From Bacteroidales bacterium UBA4772 (GTDB lineage: Bacteria; Bacteroidota; Bacteroidia; Bacteroidales; VadinHA17), in assembly GCA_002403305.1 (NCBI GenBank), contig DHHM01000016.1, forward strand, positions 58,482 through 122,481: 64,000 nt of DNA, written 5' to 3'. Position 1 is the stretch's first letter. Every line of letters starts with the position of its first letter. A model generated the notes under the pieces. The model searched no databases, had not been told where the DNA came from, and saw only the letters and a program-made list of their open reading frames with translations. The position numbers were made by a program, and so were the translations under genes. Of the stretch, positions 9,030-22,038 are shown piece by piece.

Positions 9030-9281
9030 TCAGCTTTGCCTGACGGCATCGGCGAGGAGGATGATCCTGTTTTTCTTCACCTCGATGAGGCCGCCGGTGA
9101 TCTCAAAGTGCTGAACGGTCCCCTGTTCGTCGGCCAGGGTGACGGTACCTGCGTCAAGGGTGGAGATGATGGGAGCATGGTCCTTAAGCACCTGGAACGA
9201 TCCCTTTCTGCCGGGCACCGTCACCGACTGAATATCTCCTGAATATACCTTGCTGTCGGGTGTTATTATCTCGATCTTCAC
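9030..9281 (-). CDS. atpC: F1 ATP synthase epsilon subunit
   Basis: 83 aa, MKIEIITPDSKVYSGDIQSVTVPGRKGSFQVLKDHAP. Immediately downstream of atpD. Confidence 0.9.
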   Translation of the reverse strand: MKIEIITPDSKVYSGDIQSVTVPGRKGSFQVLKDHAPIISTLDAGTVTLADEQGTVQHFEITGGLIEVKKNRIILLADAVRQS

Positions 9282-9299
9282 TTACCTGTCTGTTTGTCA

Positions 9300-10817
<1,518 letters not shown>

Positions 10818-10874
10818 TTAAAATATATTCTACTTTACTCTTCTTACCTCGCTCGCCGCATTCACGGCACACTT

Positions 10875-11849
10875 TCATTTGACCCTGCCGATGAGGTTCA
10901 CCGCCAGCTGTTTAAGTTCATTCTTACGTTCGTCCTTCACTGACACCTGGTCCAGTGCCCTGAAAGCCCTGTTGAAATAGTCATAGGCCAGGTTCTCTGC
11001 CTCCAGCCTTATCTCCAGCTCATCATAGATAGTCCTGACGGCTGTTATCTTCTCTTCCGGGTTGCCGTCGTTGGTTTCGATCTGCTTCCTCAGCTCACGC
11101 AGCTTCTCTCCTCCTGCCGTCTCCAGTGCCCGCACCAGCAGATATGTCTTTTTGTTTGAGACGATATCATTGCCGGTTTTCTTTCCGAACTTTTTTGTAT
11201 CACCATAAGTGTCAAGAACGTCATCCTGTATCTGGAAAGCCATTCCCAGGGAGCGGCCGAACTCATAAAGGAGATCCTGGTCTTTTTCGGAAGCCTCGCC
11301 GATGACGGCTCCAATCTTCAGCGATGCTGCCACCAGCACAGCTGTTTTGAGCTCTATCATGCGCAGGTACTCCTCAGTGGTGACGACTCCCTTTTTCTCA
11401 TAGTCCATGTCAAGCTGCTGACCGACGCACACCTCAATCGCGGTGCGGTTAAAGATCTTCAGTGTCAGTGGCAGCACCTTTTCGGGTGCATGGCCTATGC
11501 ACTCGGTAGCCAGGAAAGCCATCACGTCCCCCGAGAGTATAGCCTGGTCAGCACCCCATCTTGCATGAACGGTGGGTGAGCCTCTTCTGATATCGGCTCT
11601 GTCCATGATGTCGTCATGTACAAGGGTAAAGTTATGAAACACCTCAATACCTGCTGCCGGCATCACGGCATTATCAATCTTGTCGCTGAAGAGATTGCAT
11701 GCCATGAGACACATCACCGGCCTGAGCCTCTTGCCACCTATTGACAGAATATACCGCACCGGCACGAAGAGCCTGTCGGCTTCCGATGAAGACCCCAGGC
11801 CGGTAATAGCCTTGTCTGTCAGTTCTCTCAGGTAGTCGCCGGTGAACAT
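10875..11849 (-). CDS. polyprenyl diphosphate synthase (trans-isoprenyl diphosphate synthase family)
   Basis: Both aspartate-rich motifs are present (LVHDDIMD and QIQDDVLD). 324 aa. Confidence 0.9.
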   Translation of the reverse strand: MFTGDYLRELTDKAITGLGSSSEADRLFVPVRYILSIGGKRLRPVMCLMACNLFSDKIDNAVMPAAGIEVFHNFTLVHDDIMDRADIRRGSPTVHARWGADQAILSGDVMAFLATECIGHAPEKVLPLTLKIFNRTAIEVCVGQQLDMDYEKKGVVTTEEYLRMIELKTAVLVAASLKIGAVIGEASEKDQDLLYEFGRSLGMAFQIQDDVLDTYGDTKKFGKKTGNDIVSNKKTYLLVRALETAGGEKLRELRKQIETNDGNPEEKITAVRTIYDELEIRLEAENLAYDYFNRAFRALDQVSVKDERKNELKQLAVNLIGRVK

Positions 11850-11860
11850 TTATCTCTCCT

Positions 11861-12745
11861 TTATCCGTTAAGTGCTTCCGCGCCACTTACCACCTCAAGC
11901 AACTGGTTTGTGATGGCAGCCTGGCGAGCCTTGTTATACTGCAGAGTGAGATCCCTGATAAGCTCCGTGGCGTTGTCAGTGGCCTGGTGCATGGCAGTCA
12001 TTCGTGCACCGTGCTCTGCGGCAAATGAGTCGAGCAGTGCCTTGTAAAACTGTATCCGCAGACTCTTGGGTATCAGCTCCCTCACAATGCTTACCTGGTC
12101 AGGCTCGTAGATATAGTCAGCTGATTCATTATCAGTGTCATTCTCCGTAACGGTAACCGGCAGGAACTGCTCCGCGGTAAGCTTCTGGACAGCTGCATTC
12201 TTAAACTGGTTATAGACTATCTCTATAGTATCATACTCTTTTGAAAGGTACAGCGTGATAAGTCTGTCTGCCAGGATGGCTGTATTTTCATAGGTGAGGT
12301 CTGACCACAGATCACTGTGCTCTTCAAGTATGTTGCACTTCAGTCTTTTGAGCAGGTCATTTCCCTTTTTGCCAACGGTGACGAACCAGAGGTCTCCTCT
12401 CTTCGCCTGTTCCGGGTATTTCTCAGCCATGATGCGTCTTGCCTCCCTGACGACATTGGCATTGAAGGCGCCGCAGAGTCCCTTGTTGGAGGTGACTATT
12501 ACTATCAGCACCTTGCCGGAGGTCTGCTTCCTGGCGGCATAGATGTTCTCGGTTTCGGCATCACGCAGGGCATTATTCAGTCCTGTCAGTATCTCCTCCA
12601 GCTTGGCAGCGAATGGCCTCAGCTGTACGATCGCATCCTGTGACCTGCGCAGCTTTGCAGCCGCAACCATCTTCATCGCTGAAGTGATCTGGCGTGTCGA
12701 TTTGACCGAGCTGAGTCTGACCCTTATTGCCTTGAGGTTAGCCAT
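11861..12745 (-). CDS. atpG: F1 ATP synthase gamma subunit
   Basis: 294 aa. MANLKAIRVRLSSVKSTRQITSAMKMVAAAKLRR and a C-terminal ITNQLLEVVSGAEAL. Confidence 0.95.
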   Translation of the reverse strand: MANLKAIRVRLSSVKSTRQITSAMKMVAAAKLRRSQDAIVQLRPFAAKLEEILTGLNNALRDAETENIYAARKQTSGKVLIVIVTSNKGLCGAFNANVVREARRIMAEKYPEQAKRGDLWFVTVGKKGNDLLKRLKCNILEEHSDLWSDLTYENTAILADRLITLYLSKEYDTIEIVYNQFKNAAVQKLTAEQFLPVTVTENDTDNESADYIYEPDQVSIVRELIPKSLRIQFYKALLDSFAAEHGARMTAMHQATDNATELIRDLTLQYNKARQAAITNQLLEVVSGAEALNG

Positions 12746-12765
12746 AGTTTACTTACCGTTTCAGA

Positions 12766-14352
12766 TTAACGCTGGGAGTATCGCAGTGCAACATCCGCAG
12801 CAGCTTTTTCAAGCACCCCCGTTACCTCGTCATTGATAATGCCTTTGGCGATGGTCTCAAGCACATCGCTGTGATGGTCGCGCATGAAGGTCAGAAAATC
12901 GTTTTCGAAGAGCTTTACCTTATGCACCGGGATATCCTTAAGCAGCCCCTTTGTGCCGCAATAGATGATCGCTACCTGTTCTTCCACCTTCATGGGAGAG
13001 AACTGGTTCTGCTTCAGTATCTCGACGTTCCTGGCACCTTTGTTAAGTACTGCCAGGGTGGCAGGGTCAAGGTCGGAGCCGAACTTGGAAAAAGCCTCCA
13101 GCTCGCGGTACTGTGCCTGGTCGACCTTCAGGGTGCCTGCGATTTTCTTCATCGATTTTATCTGGGCGTTGCCCCCTACCCTGGATACGGAGATACCCAC
13201 GTTGATGGCGGGCCTGATACCGGCATTGAAGAGGCTGGTCTCAAGAAATATCTGTCCGTCAGTGATGGAGATCACGTTGGTGGGGATGTATGCTGACACG
13301 TCTCCTGCCTGTGTCTCGATGATGGGCAGTGCTGTCAGTGACCCTCCCCCCTTGATCATATCTTTTATTGAATCGGGAACGTCATTCATGCGCTGTGCCA
13401 CCTCGTCAGATTCGATGATCTTGGCTGCTCTCTCGAGCAGCCTCGAGTGGAGATAGAAGACGTCGCCCGGGTATGCTTCGCGGCCGGGGGGCCGGCGGAG
13501 CAGGAGTGACACCTCGCGGTATGATACTGCCTGTTTCGACAGGTCGTCATAGATGATCAGGGCATCGCGGCCGGTGTCACGGTAGAACTCGCCGATGGCG
13601 GCGCCGGCAAAAGGAGCATAGAACTGTGCGGCGGCGGAGTCGGCGGCGGTGGCACACACGATGACCGTGTAGTCCATGGCGCCGTAGTTCTCAAGGGTGG
13701 CTGCTATGTTTGCCACCGTCGATCCCTTCTGACCTATAGCAACATAGATGCAATAGACAGGTTTCCCCTTCTCATATTCGCTCTTCTGATTGATGATTGT
13801 GTCAATGGCAATGGCTGTCTTGCCGGTCTGACGGTCGCCGATGATCAGTTCGCGCTGTCCCCTGCCGATGGGTACCATGGCATCGATAGCCTTGAGACCC
13901 GTCTGCACCGGCTGTTTCACCGGCTGCCTGAAGATAACACCCGGAGCCTTCCTCTCGAAAGGCATCTCGTAAAGCTCTCCGGTGATCGGGCCCCGGCCGT
14001 CGATGGGGGTGCCGGTGGTGGTGATAACCCTGCCAAGCAGTCCTTCACCGACCATTATTGATGATATCCTTCCTGTGCGGCGTGCTATGTCACCCTCCTT
14101 TATCTTCTCGGAGGCTCCCAGGATCACAGCACCGACGTTGTCTTCCTCGAGGTTGAGGACAATGGCCTTGATGCCCGACTCCACGAATTCGATAAGCTCA
14201 TTGGAGCCGACATTCCTGAGACCGTAGATGCGTGCGATGCCGTCACCGACCTGAAGTACGGTCCCTACTTCCTCAACATCAATGGCCGTCTTTACTCCTT
14301 CAAGCTGCTGCCTCAGGATCTGTGATACCTCTGAAGGTTTGATATTAGTCAT
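12766..14352 (-). CDS. atpA: F1 ATP synthase alpha subunit
   Basis: 528 aa with Walker [10 protein letters not shown] and conserved alpha-subunit sequence. Confidence 0.97.
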   Translation of the reverse strand: MTNIKPSEVSQILRQQLEGVKTAIDVEEVGTVLQVGDGIARIYGLRNVGSNELIEFVESGIKAIVLNLEEDNVGAVILGASEKIKEGDIARRTGRISSIMVGEGLLGRVITTTGTPIDGRGPITGELYEMPFERKAPGVIFRQPVKQPVQTGLKAIDAMVPIGRGQRELIIGDRQTGKTAIAIDTIINQKSEYEKGKPVYCIYVAIGQKGSTVANIAATLENYGAMDYTVIVCATAADSAAAQFYAPFAGAAIGEFYRDTGRDALIIYDDLSKQAVSYREVSLLLRRPPGREAYPGDVFYLHSRLLERAAKIIESDEVAQRMNDVPDSIKDMIKGGGSLTALPIIETQAGDVSAYIPTNVISITDGQIFLETSLFNAGIRPAINVGISVSRVGGNAQIKSMKKIAGTLKVDQAQYRELEAFSKFGSDLDPATLAVLNKGARNVEILKQNQFSPMKVEEQVAIIYCGTKGLLKDIPVHKVKLFENDFLTFMRDHHSDVLETIAKGIINDEVTGVLEKAAADVALRYSQR

Positions 14353-14370
14353 CTCTCTTTATCTTATAAT

Positions 14371-14922
14371 CTATTCTTCGGCATACCCTGCCAGTGAAAA
14401 TTCTTTTCTGAATCTGTTAAGCCTGTTTCTCACGCTCGCGTCGATATATGCATCATCAACTCTGAGAATGAAGCCTCCGATAACCGATTCGTCAATCTTT
14501 TCAATGAATTCGATCTCTCCCGTCTCCTTCTCCTCCATCAGCAGGGCCATCTCCTTCCTGAGACTCTCGCCGACAGGCACCGCCGTGGTAAGGGTGACTT
14601 CGCGTATGCCCCTGTGGCGGCGAGTCAGGTCAATGACGTTCCTTGCTGCTGCCCCCAGGAATTCTCCCCGGCCCTGTTCAAACATCAGTCTGATGAACCT
14701 GACCGTAAATGCATCAGCATCATCACCTGTAAGGGCAATCATTATCTCCTTCCTCTTCTGCAGCGGTATGACCGGATTGCCGATCATCTCCTTCACCTCC
14801 TCCATGGAAGATACCCGGCTTATGACCTTCATGTCGCGGTACACCCTTTCCAGCGCATTCTTTTCGAGTGCGAGGCTGAAGAGGGCGGTGGCATACCTTA
14901 CTGCTATCTTGCTTGCGTTCAT
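14371..14922 (-). CDS. atpH: F1 ATP synthase delta (OSCP) subunit
   Basis: 183 aa. RYATALFSLA start typical of the delta subunit. Sits between atpF and atpA. Confidence 0.85.
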   Translation of the reverse strand: MNASKIAVRYATALFSLALEKNALERVYRDMKVISRVSSMEEVKEMIGNPVIPLQKRKEIMIALTGDDADAFTVRFIRLMFEQGRGEFLGAAARNVIDLTRRHRGIREVTLTTAVPVGESLRKEMALLMEEKETGEIEFIEKIDESVIGGFILRVDDAYIDASVRNRLNRFRKEFSLAGYAEE

Positions 14923-14927
14923 GAGAT

Positions 14928-15440
14928 TCAGTTACGGTTCGCCTCTATCTCCTTAAGATATCTCTCTATAAGCTTCTGCTGCTCGGCGTCGCTCTTCAGT
15001 GTCTCTCCGACAACCTTTGAGGCCACCTCTATTGCCAGACGGGCTACCTCGCGCTTTACCTCGGCGATAGCGCTCACCCTTTCACGTTCGATGAGCTCCC
15101 TTGCTCTACGGACCATGGCATCTGACTCCGACTGGCTCTTCTCCTTCGCCTCGGACATCATGCGTTCGTATGCCACACGTGCATCACGGAGTATCTTGTC
15201 TCTCTCCTCACGGGCCTTGCGAAGGATGATCTCATTGTCAGCCTGCAGGACCTTCATCTCTTCGCGCGCCTTTTCGGCAGCATCAAGGGCATTATGTATC
15301 ATGTCCTCGCGCGAACTGACAGCCTTCATGATCGGATCCCAGGCAAACTTCCATAGAAGGACCAGCAGGAGGAGAAAGATCAGTGTTGTCCAGAAGACAG
15401 TCCCGATGGCGGGACTGGCAAGACTGCTTTGTAGTAACAT
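14928..15440 (-). CDS. atpF: F0 ATP synthase subunit b
   Basis: One N-terminal TM helix, then a long charged helix. Start placed at MLLQSSLASP (15440) rather than the ORF maximum at 15482. Confidence 0.85.
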   Translation of the reverse strand: MLLQSSLASPAIGTVFWTTLIFLLLLVLLWKFAWDPIMKAVSSREDMIHNALDAAEKAREEMKVLQADNEIILRKAREERDKILRDARVAYERMMSEAKEKSQSESDAMVRRARELIERERVSAIAEVKREVARLAIEVASKVVGETLKSDAEQQKLIERYLKEIEANRN

Positions 15441-15506
15441 ATCGTATCTTTTTCGTTGATTCGGTTGATAGCCTGCAACCAACCGTTGCAGGCTATGTTT
15501 CCTTGC

Positions 15507-16839
<1,333 letters not shown>

Positions 16840-16850
16840 CCTAATCTAAA

Positions 16851-17243
16851 TTATACTGACATCTTTTTCAGGACACTGAGAAACGTAAGAATTACAAAAA
16901 CTGTGAATGCCAAATATAGGATAAAAAACAATATTACTGAAGCGGTATCCCTGTTTTTAAGCACAAGGAAAAACAGCAGGGCAAGTACCAGAGAGAGGAG
17001 CAGCTTGATTCCCAGCGCAATTAGTGTAGCAAAGACACTTGTTTCAGGATTTTTCCCTGCCCCCCGAAAGAAAACGATTATGGAAGCCAGGGCTGAAATG
17101 GCAAATCCGCCGGTCAGCATAAGTTCGCCTCTGCCCGGAAGAAGTGAGGGTTTGGCCGCATTGAGTGAGAGTATCAGTATGATGAAGATGACTGAGAGGC
17201 CCAGCAATGACAGCAGATTCTTGATTGGGACCGGTGAGGTCAT
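16851..17243 (-). CDS. small 4-TM membrane protein upstream of atpB (possible AtpI-like accessory protein)
   Basis: 130-aa hydrophobic ORF, co-directional and tightly spaced with atpB. No diagnostic motif. Confidence 0.5.
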   Translation of the reverse strand: MTSPVPIKNLLSLLGLSVIFIILILSLNAAKPSLLPGRGELMLTGGFAISALASIIVFFRGAGKNPETSVFATLIALGIKLLLSLVLALLFFLVLKNRDTASVILFFILYLAFTVFVILTFLSVLKKMSV

Positions 17244-17342
17244 GCTGGTTGTTTCTTTAGGATTCGCTGGTTGCTTGTTCCGGCATATGAATTCTGTCTG
17301 TTTCTGACGGCTATCTCTATTAATTGAATTGGCTGAGGCATG

Positions 17343-17585
17343 CTATCTGTTTCTTGAAGCTTCTCTTATTACAAGCCAGATGGCAGCTGCCACCCCCAGC
17401 AGTGAGAGGATCACGGTGAACAGGTGTTCTGTTCCGATGGCTTTGTCGAGTTTGACTCCGCCCAGGGATGTCAGGATTATTATTACCGCCATCTCGATGG
17501 CGATGGCGCTGTATCTCGAGTAGGCCTGCAGGCCGTTCTCCCCCTTATTTTTCTCCCTCTTTTGGTTTGGCTGCCGTTCCTCCAT
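17343..17585 (-). CDS. AtpZ/AtpI family protein
   Basis: 80 aa. A basic N-terminus is followed by YSRYSAIAIEMAVIIILTSLGGVKLD, which resembles the AtpZ/AtpI family as I recall it. Position at the head of the atp operon. Confidence 0.7.
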   Translation of the reverse strand: MEERQPNQKREKNKGENGLQAYSRYSAIAIEMAVIIILTSLGGVKLDKAIGTEHLFTVILSLLGVAAAIWLVIREASRNR

Positions 17586-17934
17586 TATCTCCGTCTTTCA
17601 TGGAGCAGTTTCCTGTAAAGAGGGCTCCCGGCTCAATGGAGAGCTTGTCTGTCATAATTGTGCCGTTGATCTTTGATGATGCCTTGAGTATCAGCAATTG
17701 CGTGACAGTTATCTTGCCTTCAATAAGTCCTGACACTTCGGAGTTTTTACACTCCACCTCGCCCTTGACACGTCCGGTAGGGCCGATCACCACCTTGCCC
17801 CTGGTTACCATGTTACCGTTCAGCACTCCGTCAATGCGTACATCTCCGGTTGACTTTACGTCGCCGGTAATCTCCGTACCCTGGCTTATCAGGTTAACTG
17901 CCGTTCCGTTGTCTGTCTCTATTATTTTTGCCAT
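17545..17934 (-). CDS. bactofilin (polymer-forming cytoskeletal protein, DUF583)
   Basis: Repetitive beta-helix pattern GTEITGDVKSTGDVRIDGVLNGNMVTRGKVVIGPTGRVKGEVEC. Lys/Gly/Glu-rich, mixed-charge C-terminal tail. Confidence 0.85.
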   Translation of the reverse strand: MAKIIETDNGTAVNLISQGTEITGDVKSTGDVRIDGVLNGNMVTRGKVVIGPTGRVKGEVECKNSEVSGLIEGKITVTQLLILKASSKINGTIMTDKLSIEPGALFTGNCSMKDGDNGGTAAKPKEGEK

Positions 17935-17978
17935 ATGAAACTTGTGTTTAATCCTTTTCCCTGAGTTATTTTAACCCA

Positions 17979-17986
17979 CAAATATA
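17979..17986 (-). promoter_or_regulatory. candidate -7 promoter box TATATTTG for the bactofilin-atp transcription unit
   Basis: The reverse complement of caaatata equals TATATTTG (TAnnTTTG), 45 nt upstream of ATG 17934. Confidence 0.45.
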
Positions 17987-18044
17987 GAAAGTATTGTGGC
18001 CTGTGAAAAAAAAGAGGGCTGAATCAACGCTCCCTGTCAGATTC

Positions 18045-19052
18045 TTATTCCGGGGGGGCTGAATCATACGCCCATTTCAACCATATGCTGCCCCATGTAA
18101 AACCGCCTCCGAAGGCGGCCAGCACCAGGTTGTCACCCTTTTTGAGTCTCTTCTCGAACTCCCAGAGAACAAGCGGTATTGTGGCTGCGGTGGTGTTGCC
18201 GTACTTCTGAATGTTGATCATCACCTTCTCCGGTGGCAGTCCCATCCTGCGACCTGTGGCATCGATGATGCGGAGGTTTGCCTGGTGTGGCACCAGCCAG
18301 GCGATGTCTTCCGGACGGAGGTTATTTCTGTTCATCACCTCAACAGCGATATCTGCCATGTTTGAGACGGCAAACTTAAAGACAGCCTGTCCCTCCTGGT
18401 ATATATAGTGCTCTCGTCCGCCCACCGTTTCATGCGATGCCGGCCTTAGTGACCCTCCGGCCTTCATGTGAAGGTATTTTCTTCCTGACCCGTCGCTTTT
18501 GAAGACATGGTCCATAATACCGTATTCCTCAAGTGTGGGCTCAAGCAGGACTGCACCTCCGGCGTCGCCGAAGAGAGTGCAGGTGGTACGGTCAGTGTAG
18601 TCAGTTATGGATGACATCTTGTCGGCACCGACCACTACTACCTTTTTGTATCTTCCCGATTCAACATATGATGCTGCGGTCTGCAGCGCAAAGAGAAACC
18701 CTGAGCAGGCAGCCCCGACATCAAAGCTGAAGGCATTCTTAATTCCTGTCTTGTCACAGATGATGTTCGCAGTGGCGGGGAACATCATGTCAGGCGTAAT
18801 GGTTGCGCAGACGAGCAGGTCCACCTCATCGGGAGAGGTGCCGGTCTTCTCAAGGAGGCCTGTGACGGCCGGTGCGCCCAGGTCGGAGGTGCCGAGGCCT
18901 TCACCTTTAAGTATCCTTCTCTCTTTGATGCCTACGCGTTGCATGATCCACTCGTCGCTGGTCTCGACCATCGTCGACAGCTCATGGTTTGTAAGCCGGT
19001 ATTCCGGCACCCAGGCATTTATTCCGGTAACTGCAGCTCTGATCCTTGTCAT
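18045..19052 (-). CDS. fabH: beta-ketoacyl-ACP synthase III
   Basis: [25 protein letters not shown]..., active-site region GAACSGF, C-terminal GGGFTWGS. The ATG overlaps the plsX stop (ATGA). Confidence 0.93.
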   Translation of the reverse strand: MTRIRAAVTGINAWVPEYRLTNHELSTMVETSDEWIMQRVGIKERRILKGEGLGTSDLGAPAVTGLLEKTGTSPDEVDLLVCATITPDMMFPATANIICDKTGIKNAFSFDVGAACSGFLFALQTAASYVESGRYKKVVVVGADKMSSITDYTDRTTCTLFGDAGGAVLLEPTLEEYGIMDHVFKSDGSGRKYLHMKAGGSLRPASHETVGGREHYIYQEGQAVFKFAVSNMADIAVEVMNRNNLRPEDIAWLVPHQANLRIIDATGRRMGLPPEKVMINIQKYGNTTAATIPLVLWEFEKRLKKGDNLVLAAFGGGFTWGSIWLKWAYDSAPPE

Positions 19053-19993
19053 GCTCCAAGCGCCTCCTTGATTTTTCCGGCAAGGTCGGCATGAACAACA
19101 TCGCATGTCTGAAGAAGCATGTTCATTATAGCCTTGCGGTTTGAGATACCGTGACCTACCACGACATTCTCATTGATGCCAAGCACGGGTGTGCCCCCGA
19201 CAACCTCAAAGTTCATCCTGTCAAAAAAGTCATCGCTGATCCCTTTTGATTTCAGCACCACATAGAATTTCTCAGCCATCTTCAAGACCACGTTACCCAC
19301 GAATCCGTCGCACACGATAACGTCAGTCATCTCATCGGTGAAGAGGTGGTGTCCTTCTATGTTGCCTTTAAAACTGATCTCGCTGCTTTCGCGCAGCATC
19401 TCGAAGGCACTCTTCACCGCTGCCGAGCCCTTTGTCTCCTCGATGCCGATATTCAGCAGCCCGACGGATGGATTGTCAATGCCAAGCACATACTTTGCAT
19501 ATACCGTTCCCAGCAGCCCGTACTGAAGAAGGACATCCGGCTTGCTGTCAGGGTTTATCCCCACGTCCAGCATTACCGATGAGCTGCCGTTGATATTTGG
19601 GATGAGGGCGGCAAGGGCAGGCCTGAAGACACCGGGGATGACATTGACGGTATAACTTGCCCCAACCAGCATTGCACCGGTGTTTCCTGCACTGGCAAAA
19701 CCGTCGATGAGCCCGCTCTTAAGCATGTTGTATCCTACTGCGATGGATGAGTCTCTCTTCTGCGAGAATGCCTTTGCAGGATGGTCTGACATCTCGATAA
19801 CCTCCGTTGTGGGAACAATATCGAACATGTCAGGGTCAGCATGCATCAATGCAAGCTTCTCCCTGATCTTCTGACCGTCACCCAGAAGTACGACACGGTC
19901 ACCTGACGGCAGTTGTCCCAGGGCATCCACAGCCCCTTCAAGAATAGCATCGGGAGCAAAGTCGCCCCCCATGACATCAAGACCTATTTTCAT
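19049..19993 (-). CDS. plsX: phosphate acyltransferase PlsX
   Basis: [14 protein letters not shown] start and overall PlsX sequence. Canonical rpmF-plsX-fabH order. Confidence 0.93.
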   Translation of the reverse strand: MKIGLDVMGGDFAPDAILEGAVDALGQLPSGDRVVLLGDGQKIREKLALMHADPDMFDIVPTTEVIEMSDHPAKAFSQKRDSSIAVGYNMLKSGLIDGFASAGNTGAMLVGASYTVNVIPGVFRPALAALIPNINGSSSVMLDVGINPDSKPDVLLQYGLLGTVYAKYVLGIDNPSVGLLNIGIEETKGSAAVKSAFEMLRESSEISFKGNIEGHHLFTDEMTDVIVCDGFVGNVVLKMAEKFYVVLKSKGISDDFFDRMNFEVVGGTPVLGINENVVVGHGISNRKAIMNMLLQTCDVVHADLAGKIKEALGA

Positions 19994-20021
19994 CGTTCAG
20001 CTTTTTTGAACGGTTGAAAGA

Positions 20022-20207
20022 TCAGGCGGTCGTCGTCTTCTCGACGGCCAGCTTACCTCTGTAGTATCCGCATTCAGGACATACCCTGTGATACAGATGG
20101 GCGGAACCGCAGTTGGGGCATGCAGCCACTGTCGGGGCCACAGCCTTGTAATGGGTTCTCCTCTTGTCTCTCCTGGTGCTGGAGTGTCTGTGTTTTGGAT
20201 TTGGCAT
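20022..20207 (-). CDS. rpmF: 50S ribosomal protein L32
   Basis: MPNPKHRHSSTRRDKRRTHYKA plus a CPNCG...CPECG zinc ribbon. Confidence 0.93.
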   Translation of the reverse strand: MPNPKHRHSSTRRDKRRTHYKAVAPTVAACPNCGSAHLYHRVCPECGYYRGKLAVEKTTTA

Positions 20208-20224
20208 CGCAGTAATTAATTTCG

Positions 20225-20746
20225 TTAGTTGTTCGTTGTCAGTCTCTCAAGCTCATCCCACCGGGGATCATGCTCTTTCTCCCCATGCGCGAGATGTTCT
20301 TCAAGTTTCCTGATCATTTCCGGATCGCATGTGGATCGACCCTCACTGTCATCAGGATGTATGCGTTTAATGGGCAACGCCAGGTGAATGTATTCATAGA
20401 AAAACTGGCTCAGATCCAGCTCGTACTCGTCCGGAGAAATTGTGACCATGTCAGGGTCACTGTCACCCCACTCCCTGCCCTGCCTGACAAACAGCCTGTT
20501 GGCAGCAGAGACCGGCATGAAAAACTCCTCAAGACATCTGTCACATATCACCCCGACCTGACCATTAATTACTATGTCAAGCTCGAAATGAGCAGAACAT
20601 TTCTGAAGCACTACCTCCGCCTTAAGCTCTCCCCTCTTTATCTCTGACCCCTCAAAAGCCTCAAAGAAATCGTCACCCAATGAAAATTCGTAGGTGTACC
20701 TGGCTTCCTTCAGTCCGGCCAGCGGTATGGAATACAATCCGGGCAT
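20225..20746 (-). CDS. yceD: YceD/DUF177 family protein
   Basis: 173 aa with a CDRCL...hairpin motif. Conserved position upstream of rpmF. Confidence 0.85.
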   Translation of the reverse strand: MPGLYSIPLAGLKEARYTYEFSLGDDFFEAFEGSEIKRGELKAEVVLQKCSAHFELDIVINGQVGVICDRCLEEFFMPVSAANRLFVRQGREWGDSDPDMVTISPDEYELDLSQFFYEYIHLALPIKRIHPDDSEGRSTCDPEMIRKLEEHLAHGEKEHDPRWDELERLTTNN

Positions 20747-20765
20747 CTTCCCTTTTTTCGGTCTG

Positions 20766-20773
20766 CAAAATTA
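20766..20773 (-). promoter_or_regulatory. candidate -7 promoter box TAATTTTG for yceD-rpmF-plsX-fabH
   Basis: The reverse complement of caaaatta equals TAATTTTG, 19 nt upstream of ATG 20746. The leader would be very short. Confidence 0.35.
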
Positions 20774-20896
20774 TAAATCCTACTCCAATAAAAAAAATTA
20801 TGAACAAAAAAGTAACAATACCTGGCCTTTTCGCCGTTTACCGCCCTTTATCCGCAGTCTGCCGGAAATCTGTGGCAGCGGTATAGTTAGTGGTGG

Positions 20897-20904
20897 TATT
20901 TTTG
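20897..20904 (+). promoter_or_regulatory. candidate -7 promoter box TATTTTTG
   Basis: TAnnTTTG match 24 nt upstream of ATG 20929. Confidence 0.4.
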
Positions 20905-20928
20905 ATGCGAAAATAAACTTCAACCGAC

Positions 20929-21264
20929 ATGAAAGAGAGACACCACAATCCGTTTGCAGGCATCGCGAGATTCCTCATATCCCTGGGGCTGGTGATGATA
21001 GCAGCAAAGACAGACCTGCTCAGCCTTGGTGATATCTCAGATTACTACAGGTGGGAGATGCTGCTCATATTTTTCGGGATCTGGTCTCTCCTGAGCCTGG
21101 AGCTGGTATCAGCCGTGGTCCTGTTCGCCCTGGGATTCTGGTTCCTGATGCCCGACATGACTGTACAGCTATCGCCTCTCTACAGGCAGATATTCTGGCC
21201 TGCAGTGCTTGTACTGGCCGGGGTGGCATTCATGATCAGGCCGATTACAAAAAGAAAACAATGA
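20929..21264 (+). CDS. small multi-TM membrane protein (first gene of the LiaF-like/LytS/LytTR cluster)
   Basis: 111-aa hydrophobic ORF with a promoter-like box upstream. No diagnostic motif. Confidence 0.55.
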   Translation: MKERHHNPFAGIARFLISLGLVMIAAKTDLLSLGDISDYYRWEMLLIFFGIWSLLSLELVSAVVLFALGFWFLMPDMTVQLSPLYRQIFWPAVLVLAGVAFMIRPITKRKQ

Positions 21265-21285
21265 CAGGAAACCAATAATTGACTA

Positions 21286-22035
21286 GTGATGGAAAACGAA
21301 ACAAACAAACCAATTAAAAATCCTGAAACCTCAAGCAGGCTTATCATCGGGATACTCCTCATCGTCGCAGGAATGGTGCTTATCCTCAAGAAAACAACTG
21401 TACTGCCCGGGCCTCTCGACGATTTTATTGATGACGTTATCTTCAGCTGGCAGATGCTGCTGATAGTCATCGGTGTAATAACACTTGTGGGCTCTGACAA
21501 CAAGACTCCGGGCATCGTACTGATATCCGTAGGAGGCTTCTTCCTGATACCTGAGCTGTTCACCGATTTCTTCAGATCCTTTAATTTCTTCTGGCCAGCC
21601 CTCTTCATAGTTGTGGGCATTGTGCTTCTCATTAACTCCAAAAGGCTCGCAAAAACCGTGAGTTACAACAGCGCCAGCACCAATAAGGCCGATGTGATAG
21701 ACATCGTCAATATCTTCAGCGGGGCGGAACGGCAGCTCATCACTGATAATTTCAAGGGCGGAAAAATAACCTCCATCTTCGGCGGCGGAGAGGTTGACCT
21801 TACGAGATCGTCCCTGGCTCCGGGCGACAATGCGATTGAAATTACCTGTATCTTTGGGGGCACAACGGTCATCGTGCCCGACAGCTGGAATGTTATAATA
21901 GATGTGACTCCAATACTGGGAGGCTTTTCAGACAGCAGAAAACTACGGGGCGATGAGATGAGAGACAACACCAGAAGCCTTACTTTGAGAGGCACCGTGA
22001 TATTCGGAGGGGGCGAGATCAAAAGCTACAAATAG
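21286..22035 (+). CDS. LiaF-like (cell-wall-active antibiotic response, DUF2154-like) membrane protein
   Basis: N-terminal TM helices. The C-terminal beta-rich IFGGGEVDLTRSSL...ITCIFGGTTVIVPDSWNV...GTVIFGGGEI repeats resemble the LiaF C-domain as I recall it. Confidence 0.55.
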   Translation: MMENETNKPIKNPETSSRLIIGILLIVAGMVLILKKTTVLPGPLDDFIDDVIFSWQMLLIVIGVITLVGSDNKTPGIVLISVGGFFLIPELFTDFFRSFNFFWPALFIVVGIVLLINSKRLAKTVSYNSASTNKADVIDIVNIFSGAERQLITDNFKGGKITSIFGGGEVDLTRSSLAPGDNAIEITCIFGGTTVIVPDSWNVIIDVTPILGGFSDSRKLRGDEMRDNTRSLTLRGTVIFGGGEIKSYK

Positions 22036-22038
22036 CAT

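Noticed and set aside
14282-15459. Long plus-strand ORFs (224 and 281 aa) antisense to atpH/atpF. Similar antisense ORFs occur at 41290-41811, 49041-49898, 51654-52571 and 27166-27771.
   Set aside because: They are low-complexity Ser/Arg/Ala-rich translations lying opposite strongly supported genes. This is typical of shadow ORFs in GC-moderate coding DNA.
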